Both the position numbers and the translations under genes were made by a program. From NCBI GenBank assembly GCA_038133845.1, contig JAYPUA010000003.1:58444-122443 (forward strand): a stretch of DNA of 64,000 nucleotides, written 5' to 3'. The notes below the pieces were generated by a model, which had not been told where the DNA came from, made no database searches, and was given only the letters and a program-made list of their open reading frames with translations. Positions 19,748 to 29,970 of the stretch are shown here, in pieces (the stretch's first letter is position 1; each line of letters starts with the position of its first letter). This DNA is from Deltaproteobacteria bacterium (lineage in GTDB: Bacteria; SAR324; NAC60-12).

Positions 19748-20401
19748 ATGCCCTCGCACCTTGAAAAGCAAATCAACACGCTTAAGCACAACGCCCTGCG
19801 GCTCTCCACGATCGTCGAAGACAGCGTCCAGAAGTCGCTGACCGCTTTTGAGCAACGGGATGCCCAGCTTGCAGAGCGCGTCATCCAGGGAGATCGGCGG
19901 ATCGACGCAATGGAGATCGACCTGGAGGAGGAGTGCCTCAAGCTGCTGGCGCTCTATCAGCCAGTGGCCCTGGACCTGCGCTACATCATCTCCATCCTCA
20001 AGATTGATGCGGAGTTGGAGAACATCGGCGACCAGGCGAAAGACATTTCACGCCGGGTCATCACGCTCTGTGGGCTCCCGGAGCACGGGCTACAGTTCGA
20101 CTTCACCTCACTGATCACGAAGGTCGAGTGGATGCTCAAGAACAGCCTGGACGCCCTGATCACGCTCGATGCGGCTCTGGCCCGCAAGGTCTGTGTGGTG
20201 GATGACGAGGTTGACGACCTGTATGACGAATTGATCGAGCAAATCCACGAGGCCATGGCGCAGCACTCTCAGTACGTTCCAGCGCTGATTGAGGAACAGC
20301 GGATCTGTGTCTACCTGGAGCAGATCGCCGACTATGCAAAGAAGATTGCCGAGGATGTGGTCTACACCACCGAGGCGGTGGTGATCCGGCATCAGAAGTG
20401 A
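19748..20401 (+). CDS. phoU: Phosphate signalling complex protein PhoU
   Basis: 217 aa with duplicated PhoU helical repeats. Confidence 0.9.
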   Translation: MPSHLEKQINTLKHNALRLSTIVEDSVQKSLTAFEQRDAQLAERVIQGDRRIDAMEIDLEEECLKLLALYQPVALDLRYIISILKIDAELENIGDQAKDISRRVITLCGLPEHGLQFDFTSLITKVEWMLKNSLDALITLDAALARKVCVVDDEVDDLYDELIEQIHEAMAQHSQYVPALIEEQRICVYLEQIADYAKKIAEDVVYTTEAVVIRHQK

Positions 20402-20411
20402 TGCGGGCAGT

Positions 20412-21674
20412 TCAAGACCGGAGGGCCTTGAGCGCGATGTCGCTGCGGAATTGCTTCCCGGAGAACTGCACCTGTTCCAGCAGATGATAGGCTCGCTGAC
20501 GAGCCTGCGAGACGTCCGCGCCTTGGGCAGACACTCCAAACACCCGCCCACCGGCCGTCACCAGTTGCTCTTGCTGAAGCGCGGTTCCGGCGTGGAAGAG
20601 TTGGGACTGCTCCGGAATCTCCGAGGGAAGAGCGATCGGCAGCCCTTTGGTCGGCGGCCCCGGGTAGCCTGGTGCCGCAGCGATCACACACACGGAAGCA
20701 CCCGGACTCCACTCCAAGGCAATCTCGTCCAGTGCTCCCTCCAGCGTAGCCAGACAGATCTGCAGCAGGTCACTTTTCATCCGGGGAAGGATCACCTGGG
20801 CCTCCGGATCTCCCAAGCGGGCGTTGAACTCGATGACCTTCGGCCCGGCTTCCGTAATCATCAATCCCACGTAGAGCACTCCGCGGTACGGCTGCCCTTC
20901 GGCATGCAGTCCGGAGACAAGCGGCTGAAGAATCCGTTCCATGATCTCCGGGAGGTGATGTTCAAGGTGCGGCACCGGCGAGTAGGCTCCCATGCCGCCT
21001 GTGTTTGGGCCGCGGTCTCCGTCAAAGATCGGCTTGTGGTCTTGTGAAGGAACCATCGGACGCACCGTCGCGCCATCCACAAAGGCCAGCAGGGTCATCT
21101 CCTCGCCCCGCAGGCACTCCTCCACCACCACCCGAGCTCCGGCTTCCCCAAACAGGCGCCGCCCCAGCGCATCCTCCAGCGCCTGTTCGGCGTCCTCCAG
21201 CGTCTCGGCAACCGTTACCCCCTTGCCTGCAGCCAGTCCGTCGGCCTTGATCACGATCGGCGCCCCTTGCTCCCGGACGTAGCGCCGCGCGTCCTCCAGG
21301 TCGGTGAATTCGGCATAGGCCGCAGTGGGAATTCCAAAGCGCTCCATGGCCGCCTTCGCAAACGCCTTGCTCCCTTCCAACTGAGCCGACTGCCGGTTGG
21401 GCCCAAAGATCGGCAACCCGACCGCTTCAAACGCATCCACGATTCCCAAGGTCAGTGGCTCTTCCGGACCAACCACCGTGAGCCCGATCCGGTGCTCTCG
21501 GGCCCAGTCCCGCAGCTCCGTGACCTGGTTCACCCGGAGGGGAACGCACTCTGCGAGCTCAGCAATCCCGGGGTTGCCCGGAGCACAGTAGATCTTTCCG
21601 GCAAGAGAGCTTTGACGGAACTTCCAGACGAGGGCATGCTCTCGTCCGCCGCCGCCAATGACGAGTAGGTCCAT
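20412..21674 (-). CDS. purD: Phosphoribosylamine--glycine ligase
   Basis: MDLLVIGGGGREHAL plus the ATP-grasp domain. Confidence 0.9.
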   Translation of the reverse strand: MDLLVIGGGGREHALVWKFRQSSLAGKIYCAPGNPGIAELAECVPLRVNQVTELRDWAREHRIGLTVVGPEEPLTLGIVDAFEAVGLPIFGPNRQSAQLEGSKAFAKAAMERFGIPTAAYAEFTDLEDARRYVREQGAPIVIKADGLAAGKGVTVAETLEDAEQALEDALGRRLFGEAGARVVVEECLRGEEMTLLAFVDGATVRPMVPSQDHKPIFDGDRGPNTGGMGAYSPVPHLEHHLPEIMERILQPLVSGLHAEGQPYRGVLYVGLMITEAGPKVIEFNARLGDPEAQVILPRMKSDLLQICLATLEGALDEIALEWSPGASVCVIAAAPGYPGPPTKGLPIALPSEIPEQSQLFHAGTALQQEQLVTAGGRVFGVSAQGADVSQARQRAYHLLEQVQFSGKQFRSDIALKALRS

Positions 21675-21676
21675 GG

Positions 21677-22273
21677 TCAGGCCAAGCGCTGTGGGTTCGA
21701 AGAAGTGAGGGTGCGGAGGACCTCCGGGAGCAGCCGATGCTCCACCGAGTGGATCCGCTCCGCGAGCGTGGACTCCGTATCGTCGGCAAGGATCGGCACA
21801 CGCTCCTGAGCAATCACGGAGCCGGTGTCCATTCCGGAGTCCACAAAATGCACCGTCACTCCGGTTTCAGACACCTTGGCGCGCCAGGCCTGGCCAATCG
21901 CATCCTTCCCGGGAAAGGCCGGCAGCAGCGACGGATGCAAGTTGATCATCCGGCCCTCCCAGACCTCCAGAAGCGTTGGCCCAACCAGCCTCATGTAACC
22001 GGCCAGCACGACCCATTCCGCCTGGACCTGCTCGAGCTGCTGCAGGAGTTCATGCTCAAATTCGGCCTTGTCCCGAAAGTCCTTGGGTCGAAAGGCAAAC
22101 ACGGGGACTCCGGCATTTTCTGCGTGCTGCACCACCAGGGCTTCGGGGCGGTCACAAACCAACAGGACGACCTGATGCCCTGCCAAAGCTCCAGAGTCGA
22201 CGGCCTGTTGCAGAGCGAGGAAGTTGCTCCCCCGGCCAGAGGCAAACACCGCCACCCGGTGCATTACCTCCAC
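21677..22273 (-). CDS. purN: Phosphoribosylglycinamide formyltransferase
   Basis: VFASGRGSNF...MINLHPSLLPAFPG. Confidence 0.9.
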   Translation of the reverse strand: MEVMHRVAVFASGRGSNFLALQQAVDSGALAGHQVVLLVCDRPEALVVQHAENAGVPVFAFRPKDFRDKAEFEHELLQQLEQVQAEWVVLAGYMRLVGPTLLEVWEGRMINLHPSLLPAFPGKDAIGQAWRAKVSETGVTVHFVDSGMDTGSVIAQERVPILADDTESTLAERIHSVEHRLLPEVLRTLTSSNPQRLA

Positions 22274-23289
22274 ACCACGACTCCATTGCCGGAAACGACC
22301 CGCCCGATCCGGTAGGGCGTTTGCCCCAAGTCGGCCAGCTGCCGCATCGCTGAGTCCGCCTGTGCTTGAGGGACACAGAGGACAAACCCGATCCCGAGAT
22401 TGAAGACCGGCTCCAAATCTTCGAAGGACAGCTCTCCCTGGTCCTGAAGGAACTGGAAAATTGCCGGAACCGGCCAGCAGCCGTGTTCCAACTCAACGGA
22501 CACTCCGGGAGGCAGCATTCGGGGAATGTTCCCAGAAAGCCCCCCGCCGGTGATGTGCGCCATCCCCCGAATCTCGCAGGTTTTCATGACCGCCAGAATC
22601 GGTTTGACGTAAAGCCGGGTGGGCTCCAGCAAGACTTCTCCGAGGGAGAGGGAACTCCCCGGAAGTCTGATGTTCAAAGAAAGTTGCCGGTCCGCCAAAA
22701 TCTTGCGAACCAGGGAGAATCCGTTGCTGTGTACGCCGCTCGATGTCAGGCCAATCACAACGTCTCCGGGGGCAATTCGGGAGCCGTCGATCAGGTTCTC
22801 CCGACTGACCGCCCCGACAGCAAACCCTGCAAGGTCGTATTCTCCGGAGGCATACATCCCGGGCATCTCTGCGGTCTCGCCGCCAAGCAGAGCGCACCCG
22901 GACTCTTCGCAGCCCCGGCTGACCCCGCCCACAATCGCCTCCGCCTGATCCGGACGAAGCTCTCCACAGGCCAGATAGTCGAGGAAAAAAAGGGGCTCTG
23001 CCCCCTGAACCAGGATGTCATTGACGCACATGGCGACGAGGTCCAGGCCAATGGTGTCGTGCCGGTTCAGTTCAAAGGCAAGCTTGAGCTTGGTCCCCAC
23101 GCCATCGGTCCCGGAAACCAGCACCGGGTTCGGGAAGCGAGAGAGATCGAGTTGAAACAGGCCGCCAAAACCGCCCAGCCCAGCGAGCACTTCCGGACGC
23201 AGAGTCTTCTGGGCAAGCGGCTTGAAGCGCTCAACCACTTCATCTGCGGCTTGCAGGCTCACTCCTGCAGCACGGTACGCTTCGCTCAT
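22264..23289 (-). CDS. purM: Phosphoribosylformylglycinamidine cyclo-ligase (AIR synthetase)
   Basis: SGTDGVGTKL and the PurM N- and C-terminal domains. Confidence 0.9.
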   Translation of the reverse strand: MSEAYRAAGVSLQAADEVVERFKPLAQKTLRPEVLAGLGGFGGLFQLDLSRFPNPVLVSGTDGVGTKLKLAFELNRHDTIGLDLVAMCVNDILVQGAEPLFFLDYLACGELRPDQAEAIVGGVSRGCEESGCALLGGETAEMPGMYASGEYDLAGFAVGAVSRENLIDGSRIAPGDVVIGLTSSGVHSNGFSLVRKILADRQLSLNIRLPGSSLSLGEVLLEPTRLYVKPILAVMKTCEIRGMAHITGGGLSGNIPRMLPPGVSVELEHGCWPVPAIFQFLQDQGELSFEDLEPVFNLGIGFVLCVPQAQADSAMRQLADLGQTPYRIGRVVSGNGVVVWR

Positions 23290-24662
23290 GCCGGAGATGT
23301 CCTGGAGGGTTCGGAGAGCACAGGGGTCGGGTAATTTCCGTTGAAGCAGGCCAGGCAGTGGCCGCAGTTCGGAGACGAATCCTGCCGGCCAGTGGCCCGG
23401 ATCATGCCTTCGGGAGAGAGAAAGTGCAGGGAGTCCGCGCCGATGGTCTGGCAGATCTCCTCCGGACTCTGATGGGCGGCGATCAGCTCCGCCTGCCGTG
23501 CGGTGTCGATCCCATACACGCAGGAGTGCGTGATCGGCGGCGAGGTGATCCGCAGGTGCACCTCCTTCGCTCCGGCGTCCTTGAGCATCTGCACGATCCG
23601 GCCGCTGGTGGTTCCCCGAACCACCGAGTCGTCAACGAGCACCACACGTCTGCCTGCCACGGCACTCCTCACCGGGCTCAGCTTCATGCGCACCCCCTGC
23701 TGACGCAGCTCCTGGTTGGGCTGAATAAAGGTCCGGCCCACGTAGCGGTTCTTCATCATCCCCATCTCATAGGGGATGCCCGAGGCTTCGGCATAGCCAA
23801 TGGCGGCGGCAATTCCGGAATCCGGGACACCAAAGACCACATCCGCCTCCGTAGGCTCTTCCAGGAAGCTCTGACGGCCCAGGGACTTGCGGGCGGCATG
23901 CACGCTGATACGGTCGATTTCGCTGTCCGGGCGGGCAAAGTAGATGTACTCAAACGAGCAGATGGTCCGGGCGCTGGGCTCCAGAAAATTCTGCGAGTGC
24001 ACTCCGGAGGAGTCGATGACCAGCAACTCTCCGGGAGTCAGGTCTCGAACAAACTCCGCACCAACGATATCCAGCGCACAGGTTTCAGACGCCACCACCC
24101 AGCTGTCGCCCAGGCTTCCGAGGCAAAGCGGGCGAAAGCCACGCGGGTCCTGAGCGGCAATCAGCGCGTCCGGAGTGAGAAACACCAGCGCAAACGCGCC
24201 TTCAATCACCCGGAGTGCATCCTGAATCGCCTGCTGTACCGGAGGTCCGGAGCGGGCAATCAGATGAGAAATCACCTCGGTGTCACTGGTTGTCTGAAAA
24301 ATCGATCCCTGCCGTTCCAATTGCTGACGCAGGCGGTCGGCGTTGACCAGGTTTCCGTTGTGCGCCAGAGAGACCGCTCCTCCGCTATAACGAAACATCA
24401 GGGGCTGCGCATTGTTCAGCCCCGTGTCTCCGGCGGTCGTGTAGCGGACGTGCCCGATGGCATGCCTGCCGGGAAGCGCCTGGTGCTGACGCTGGGCAAA
24501 CGCTTCAGTGACCAGTCCCACCCCGCGGTGCACGTGCAGGCGTTCGCCATCCGCGCTGCAGATCCCGGCACTCTCCTGCCCCCGATGCTGAAGGGCGTGG
24601 ACCCCCAGATACGTCAACTCTGCGGCTTGAGGGTGGTCAAAGATTCCAAAGATTCCGCACAC
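23286..24662 (-). CDS. purF: Amidophosphoribosyltransferase. The GTG start at 24660..24662 gives N-terminal M-CGIFGIF.
   Basis: Ntn Cys in CGIFGIF, followed by a PRTase domain. The ORF extends to 24740, but that is unlikely to be the real N-terminus. Confidence 0.9.
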   Translation of the reverse strand: MCGIFGIFDHPQAAELTYLGVHALQHRGQESAGICSADGERLHVHRGVGLVTEAFAQRQHQALPGRHAIGHVRYTTAGDTGLNNAQPLMFRYSGGAVSLAHNGNLVNADRLRQQLERQGSIFQTTSDTEVISHLIARSGPPVQQAIQDALRVIEGAFALVFLTPDALIAAQDPRGFRPLCLGSLGDSWVVASETCALDIVGAEFVRDLTPGELLVIDSSGVHSQNFLEPSARTICSFEYIYFARPDSEIDRISVHAARKSLGRQSFLEEPTEADVVFGVPDSGIAAAIGYAEASGIPYEMGMMKNRYVGRTFIQPNQELRQQGVRMKLSPVRSAVAGRRVVLVDDSVVRGTTSGRIVQMLKDAGAKEVHLRITSPPITHSCVYGIDTARQAELIAAHQSPEEICQTIGADSLHFLSPEGMIRATGRQDSSPNCGHCLACFNGNYPTPVLSEPSRTSPA

Positions 24663-24891
24663 GGATTCAGTTCTCTGCTGAAGCAGGTGGGCCCGGAGTC
24701 TTCCGGGCTGATCCTGAGGACAATGGTGCCCGAATGGCAAAGTGAGAGTTCATGCGTCTGCCCTGGAAGGCGCTCCCGAAGGCAGGTCAACTCAAGTGGG
24801 TTCAAGCAAAGCGAGTATTGTATCTGGATCGATGTGATTTTCAATCCGGTGCTGTGCCTGTTTGTGTGGGAAGGGCTGACTTGCCAAGGCT

Positions 24892-26760
24892 TCAGCGACT
24901 CCAGCGATTGCTCCGGATCAGGTCATAGGCCAGCCGATCCCAGGCAAGAAGTTGGCGCTCCATCAGGTCGAAGTCCGGAGGAGCGCTTCCCTGGGTCAAG
25001 TCCACGGCCTCCAGGCGTTGCATCAGCGAGTGCCGCAGGTAGCCCTGCTCGTTGATGAGGCCCATCACGCTGCCTTCCCGGACCAGCACGAAGGGGCTTG
25101 CTTCCTGGAGAAGGCTCGTTCCCAGTGAGGAAAAATCGCCCTTCAGTCCCAAGGCATCCACAAAGGTCGCCGGGAGATCAAGGTGAGAGCCCAACCCGCT
25201 CACCTCACGGGGCTCCAGCGTTCCGGGGGCATAGAGAATCAGCGGGACACGAAAGCGTTCCGGAAGTTGGTTTCCTGACTGAAAGTGTGCGATGACGTGA
25301 TCGGCGGTAATGACAAACAGGGTCTCGGCAAACCAAGACTGCTTGGCCGCCTGCTGGAAAAACTCGCCGATGGCCCAATCCGAATAATGCAGCGCATTCA
25401 GGTAACCCCCTTCCTCGTTGGGGTGCGGGTCAAAACGCTCGAAGCGCTCCGGAAGCCTCGGGTAGGGCGTGTGAGCCGTGTTGGCGCTGATAAACGCAAG
25501 AAACGGAGGGGCCGGAGATTCCAATTTTTTCAGGGTGAACATCAGTGCCTCGTAGTCCCAGCCCAGTCGCCGGTTCTGCTCCGCGCTTGGGTAGTCGAGC
25601 AACAAAGGCATGTCTTCACGCCCATAGTACTCTTCAAAACCCACCGTTGCGGCAAAGGCGTCCGTGAGGAAGGCCTGGCGATCGGTGGTGTTCACAAAGA
25701 GGGTCTGGTAGCCGTTCTGACGAGCCAGCGACGCCAGGCGTGAATACCCGGAGTTGAGATCCATCACCCCAGGAGCCCCAAGCAGGGAGGGGAGCCCCGT
25801 GAGGATCGACTGGAACCCTTCTACACTACGCTGTCCGTGAGCGTAGAAGTTGGTGAACTTCCACCCAGACTCGGCCAGTTGGTCCAGATGCGGAGTCAGC
25901 CTCAGATTCTCGCCGTCAAAAGCATCCAGATACTTGGGCGTGAGGCTTTCGACCATCACGATGACCAGATTGCGGAACCGGAAGGGGAGTTCCTCTCTGG
26001 AAGAGCGTTCCAGCGGGTAGGCGGCTTCCAGGAAGTCTGGAGGGAGCTTCAAGGCCTGCTGGATCTCTTCTTTGGAGAGCGATTGCCGCTCGACCGGAGC
26101 GGTCACCAGGCTGGAGTGTGATGCGGAGAAGACCCCGTTGAGGGTCAGGTTTCCCTGCGCGGTGCTTCCTCCGGAGTAGGCGTTGACAATCGCCAGAGGC
26201 TTCATCCCAACTCCTCCACGCCCCAGGATTCCGATCGCCAGGAAGAGCGCCACCCAAGTTGCCCAAGGTCGCTTGGCAGGCAACACTCGAGCCTTGGCCT
26301 GCGCCCACCAGGTCTGGATTAGCGCTGAGATCAGGACTAGGCAGACCAGAGCCTCCTTCCAGTATCCCAAGGCTTCCCGGAACAGGTAGCTGATGTCCTC
26401 TTCCAAGAAAAGGAGCTCGTTTGTCAGGTGCCGCTTGACGTGGCCGAAGTAGAGCACATCTCCGGTGAGAACCAGCGCAAAGAGCGTGAGCAGCGCATAG
26501 AGCAACAGCAGGTGAAGGCCCACCCAGATACGGTTTTGCAACCAGCGAAAAGGGAGTGCCATGAGCAGCATCGGGACCCCACCAAAGACCATCAGCGAAG
26601 CCAAGTCAAACCGGACTCCGGACAGGAAGGCGAGCGCCAACTCAGGGTCCGAAAGCTCAGCAAACTGTTCTCGATGCAGGGCCCACAGGGCAAGCCGCGC
26701 TGCTGTGAACAGGAAGAGCCCGAGCCCGCACCAAATGTAAATTCGATGAAAGGTCGTCAT
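24892..26760 (-). CDS. LTA-synthase / phosphoglycerol-transferase family membrane sulfatase-fold protein
   Basis: Five N-terminal TM helices plus an alkaline-phosphatase-superfamily domain (VIVMVESL...ITADH). Confidence 0.75.
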   Translation of the reverse strand: MTTFHRIYIWCGLGLFLFTAARLALWALHREQFAELSDPELALAFLSGVRFDLASLMVFGGVPMLLMALPFRWLQNRIWVGLHLLLLYALLTLFALVLTGDVLYFGHVKRHLTNELLFLEEDISYLFREALGYWKEALVCLVLISALIQTWWAQAKARVLPAKRPWATWVALFLAIGILGRGGVGMKPLAIVNAYSGGSTAQGNLTLNGVFSASHSSLVTAPVERQSLSKEEIQQALKLPPDFLEAAYPLERSSREELPFRFRNLVIVMVESLTPKYLDAFDGENLRLTPHLDQLAESGWKFTNFYAHGQRSVEGFQSILTGLPSLLGAPGVMDLNSGYSRLASLARQNGYQTLFVNTTDRQAFLTDAFAATVGFEEYYGREDMPLLLDYPSAEQNRRLGWDYEALMFTLKKLESPAPPFLAFISANTAHTPYPRLPERFERFDPHPNEEGGYLNALHYSDWAIGEFFQQAAKQSWFAETLFVITADHVIAHFQSGNQLPERFRVPLILYAPGTLEPREVSGLGSHLDLPATFVDALGLKGDFSSLGTSLLQEASPFVLVREGSVMGLINEQGYLRHSLMQRLEAVDLTQGSAPPDFDLMERQLLAWDRLAYDLIRSNRWSR

Positions 26761-27060
26761 TGAGATTGAAAATTTTGTAGAATCTGCTAGCTTTGGGGGT
26801 ACCTTTTGTCAAGGAAAAAAGAATACTTAGCTCGGAGCCTGTAGTCCGCCACGGCTAATTCTGGTTTTCAACTCCTCCCTAAAAAAAGTTGAAAATTTCA
26901 TGTACCAGGAAAATCGATAAGGACTTGGTCTGTAAGATGTCTGACGCCCTTCGGGCTCCGTGCTTTTCCCATGCCACACGCGCTTCTTTTTGCGTGACTT
27001 TTCATCTGTGCGGGATACGGTGATGGGCTGTGCCAACCCTTAACTTCGGCAAGCCCCGTC

Positions 27061-27660
27061 ATGTTCCGATGTGTCTTTGATGTGGATGGAGTCCTCCTTG
27101 ACTTCGAATCCACTTATATCCGCGCCCTCACCGAATACTTTCAGCTCGAAATTCCCGACGACTACGAGCCTCAGAGTTGGTTTTTCTCCGAGTTGCTTAC
27201 CGAGGAACAGATGAAAGAGGGCTGGCAGTTTTTTCTGCAGAGCGATTACTTCGCTCAGATGCCTCCGCTGGTTGATCCAGAGGGTTTCAACCAGTTGGTA
27301 GGGGCATATCCCGTGCATTGCGTCACCAACATCCCCCCAGAGTGTCTGGACCGTCGTCGAGAGAATCTGCGCAACGTCGGATTTCGTGTCGACTCATCTC
27401 ACTGCGGGGGGTTCATTGAATATGCGGGGCATCCTCGGCAGACGAAGGCCGAGGTGGTTCAAGAGTTGATGGAGCCTGCAGAGTCCCTCGTGTTTATTGA
27501 TGATCACCCCGACAACTGCCTCAATATTCTTGAATACTTTCCGGACGCTGAAATCTGGCTCATGTCCCGACCGTTCAATCGGGAGTTTCACGATGAACGC
27601 ATTCTCCGCGCCAAGACCTGGGACGATGTCTTCATCAACTCTCGGTTGGCCCATTCCTAG
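27061..27660 (+). CDS. HAD-superfamily hydrolase
   Basis: Motif I FDVDGVLLDF. A downstream Asp-rich motif (FIDDHPDN) is present. Confidence 0.6.
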   Translation: MFRCVFDVDGVLLDFESTYIRALTEYFQLEIPDDYEPQSWFFSELLTEEQMKEGWQFFLQSDYFAQMPPLVDPEGFNQLVGAYPVHCVTNIPPECLDRRRENLRNVGFRVDSSHCGGFIEYAGHPRQTKAEVVQELMEPAESLVFIDDHPDNCLNILEYFPDAEIWLMSRPFNREFHDERILRAKTWDDVFINSRLAHS

Positions 27661-28552
27661 CCTTTTCGGACGGCTCTTCGCGGTCTTGCTTTTGTTGTTG
27701 AGCCCTGCTGGAGGCTGGGCTCAAGAGGCCGCACCGGCAGGTGGCGGTGGCGCACCGATCTGGAGGCTGGGATTCTTCGAGTTTACCCAGCAGACCTACA
27801 GCACCGAAGAGGCTCACCCCTTCTACCAAATGACCGGAAACTCCCGGTTCAAGGGAGGGCGGGGTCCGGTCGCGTTGAACACGCTGGACAACTGGAAGCT
27901 GCTGATCGACGACGATGGTCACAGCGAACTGGAAGGGCCAATCACCGGAATTCTGCACTCTCTGCCTCCGTTCTCGCTGGAATACATCGCGCCTACCGGG
28001 TTTCTGCCCAGCTACAGCCTGGGGTTCAACTACACCAACCTCTGGTTGACCGATCAACGGGCCAAGACTCTAACCACCGGAGCGGATCCAAGCTATTCGA
28101 CGCCGATGGTCCGGGTCCGATCACACTTTTACATGTTCACCGCGTCGCTCTATCCCCTAGGCCCTCCTCAACCTGGAGGAGTCGACTTCTTCATTGGGAC
28201 AGGCTTCGCCTTCGTGGACAGCACCATGCGGACAGGCTACTACGCAATGCCACCGGGGTACAATGGTGGTTCCGGAATCTATGTTTCCTCCAAGTCCCGA
28301 CTCGACGCCTCTTCCGGACAACTCGGCTACAGCCGCGTGGGGTTGGCGTCTTCCGGAGAAAACTTTGGCTTTATGCTGGAGTTTTTCTTCCTGAGCAAGG
28401 GCGAGGTGCTGGGCAATCCCTTTCAGAGCAGCAACCTGATGGACGCTGCAGACTTTAACACCGTTTACAACGACCGGGGCGGAAGCCTTCCCAGTCGAGC
28501 CAGCATGCAAGGGGCGCTGCTGCGCGCTTCCTGGACCTACACCTTCTACTGA
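27626..28552 (+). CDS. Secreted hypothetical protein, possibly an outer-membrane beta-barrel. Start chosen at the ATG at 27626; the ORF is open from 27497.
   Basis: Signal peptide LFGRLFAVLLLLLSPAGGWA-QE. Aromatic-rich, and the C-terminus ...SWTYTFY is beta-barrel-like. Confidence 0.5.
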   Translation: MSSSTLGWPIPSLFGRLFAVLLLLLSPAGGWAQEAAPAGGGGAPIWRLGFFEFTQQTYSTEEAHPFYQMTGNSRFKGGRGPVALNTLDNWKLLIDDDGHSELEGPITGILHSLPPFSLEYIAPTGFLPSYSLGFNYTNLWLTDQRAKTLTTGADPSYSTPMVRVRSHFYMFTASLYPLGPPQPGGVDFFIGTGFAFVDSTMRTGYYAMPPGYNGGSGIYVSSKSRLDASSGQLGYSRVGLASSGENFGFMLEFFFLSKGEVLGNPFQSSNLMDAADFNTVYNDRGGSLPSRASMQGALLRASWTYTFY

Positions 28553-29970
28553 AACACCCTCTTCAGCGCTTCCGGGTTCTTCTTCAGCACATCCGCGATC
28601 AGGTAAAACGATCCGGTAATCACGAGCCGCTTCAACCCAAGCTTGGCAGCCTGTCGCAGTGCCGTGTTCCAGAATTTAACCACTTTCGCACGGACGAGTT
28701 CATCCTCGGGATCCCCCTCTGTGTCCAGCAGATCATTCTCGACAAACGCCTTGAGCTCCTGACCGGTTGCTCCTCGAGGAGAGGGGAGATCGACCAACCA
28801 GGACGCGTCTGCAATATCGGTCAGCTCCAGCACCTGAGAGGCCAAGCCGTAGTTTGAGAGCTTGTCTTTTGCCATGGCCAGGATGACTCCGAACTCCTCG
28901 TACCACTCTTCATTGGTCTCCAACTCGTCCAGGACGGCGTCAAAGGCGCCCGGGTTGTGCCCGACATCCAGCAAGACCGTCTCCCACAAAAATCCTCCCA
29001 GGTTCACCTGCTGAAGGTACTGCATCCTTGCCGGAAGCCGGACCGCCTGTCCCTGCTCGATCCAGGTCTGCCTCACCACTGAGGATGCATCCGGAAAAAT
29101 CGTATCCATCAGACACAGCGCGGTGAGCAGGGCATGCTTGTTGACGGACCGCGGCTCAAAAAAGCCCAGATGAAAATTTCCCAGGGAGGAGCAGGATCCA
29201 TCTGCCCAGCAAACGAGCCCCTCCTCATCATTGTGTTTGCTAAGTCGCTCGAATGAGCGGATCAAGGGGACGTTCTCTCCTGCGAGGAGTTGTGAGATCA
29301 TGTACCACAAGTTGTCCGCACTAGCCCCCAGAACCAGCGGGGTCCCGGAACGGCAGATTCCGACCTTGGCCTTGGCAATGTTCCGAATGCTCTTCCCAAG
29401 CACGTCTCGGTGGTCGAAGCTGAGGGAGCTGATCGCACAGGCTTCCTTGCGCTCGGTGACATTGGTCGAGTCGGCGGTCCCGCCGATTCCGGTCTCCAGC
29501 ACCATCCACTCCACTCCGGCTTTTTGGAACACCAGAAACGCGATGGCGGTGAGCAGGTCAAAGTAGGTCAGGCGCTGGCGGACGAAGGTTTCCGCTACAT
29601 CAAGCACCTCCTCCGCCGCCTCCGTGAAGAGCTTGGCCGGCACAGGACGCCCGTCGACCACAATTCGTTCCCGGATGTCCACCAGATGAGGAGACAGGTA
29701 GCAGCCCACCCGAAATCCCTGAGCGCGCAACATCTCACCGATCGTGCAAGTGAGCAGGCCCTTGCCGTTGGTTCCTGCGACATGCACCACCTTGGCACAC
29801 TGCTCCGGATGCTCCAGATGTCCCAGCAGCTCACGGATTGCATCCAGTTTGCTGATGTCTCTTTTTTTGGCAGATCGCTCGTAGCTGGCGTGACTTTCGA
29901 GGCGCTGGAGCAGCGCCTCGGGTACTTTGGCGGTGTCGGCGGACACCGCCAGAGAGAAAGGGGGGATCAT
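28546..29970 (-). CDS. folC: Bifunctional folylpolyglutamate synthase / dihydrofolate synthase
   Basis: P-loop HVAGTNGKG and the Mur-ligase family fold. Confidence 0.85.
   Translation of the reverse strand: MIPPFSLAVSADTAKVPEALLQRLESHASYERSAKKRDISKLDAIRELLGHLEHPEQCAKVVHVAGTNGKGLLTCTIGEMLRAQGFRVGCYLSPHLVDIRERIVVDGRPVPAKLFTEAAEEVLDVAETFVRQRLTYFDLLTAIAFLVFQKAGVEWMVLETGIGGTADSTNVTERKEACAISSLSFDHRDVLGKSIRNIAKAKVGICRSGTPLVLGASADNLWYMISQLLAGENVPLIRSFERLSKHNDEEGLVCWADGSCSSLGNFHLGFFEPRSVNKHALLTALCLMDTIFPDASSVVRQTWIEQGQAVRLPARMQYLQQVNLGGFLWETVLLDVGHNPGAFDAVLDELETNEEWYEEFGVILAMAKDKLSNYGLASQVLELTDIADASWLVDLPSPRGATGQELKAFVENDLLDTEGDPEDELVRAKVVKFWNTALRQAAKLGLKRLVITGSFYLIADVLKKNPEALKRVFQ

Noticed and set aside
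24741-24891. Regulatory leader, such as a PurR box, upstream of purF
   Set aside because: No recognisable dyad matching known purine-repressor operators. The region is likely just the promoter.
27497-27625. Upstream start of the secreted protein gene, which would overlap the HAD gene by about 160 nt
   Set aside because: The signal peptide begins at the ATG at 27626. The upstream residues are not signal-like.
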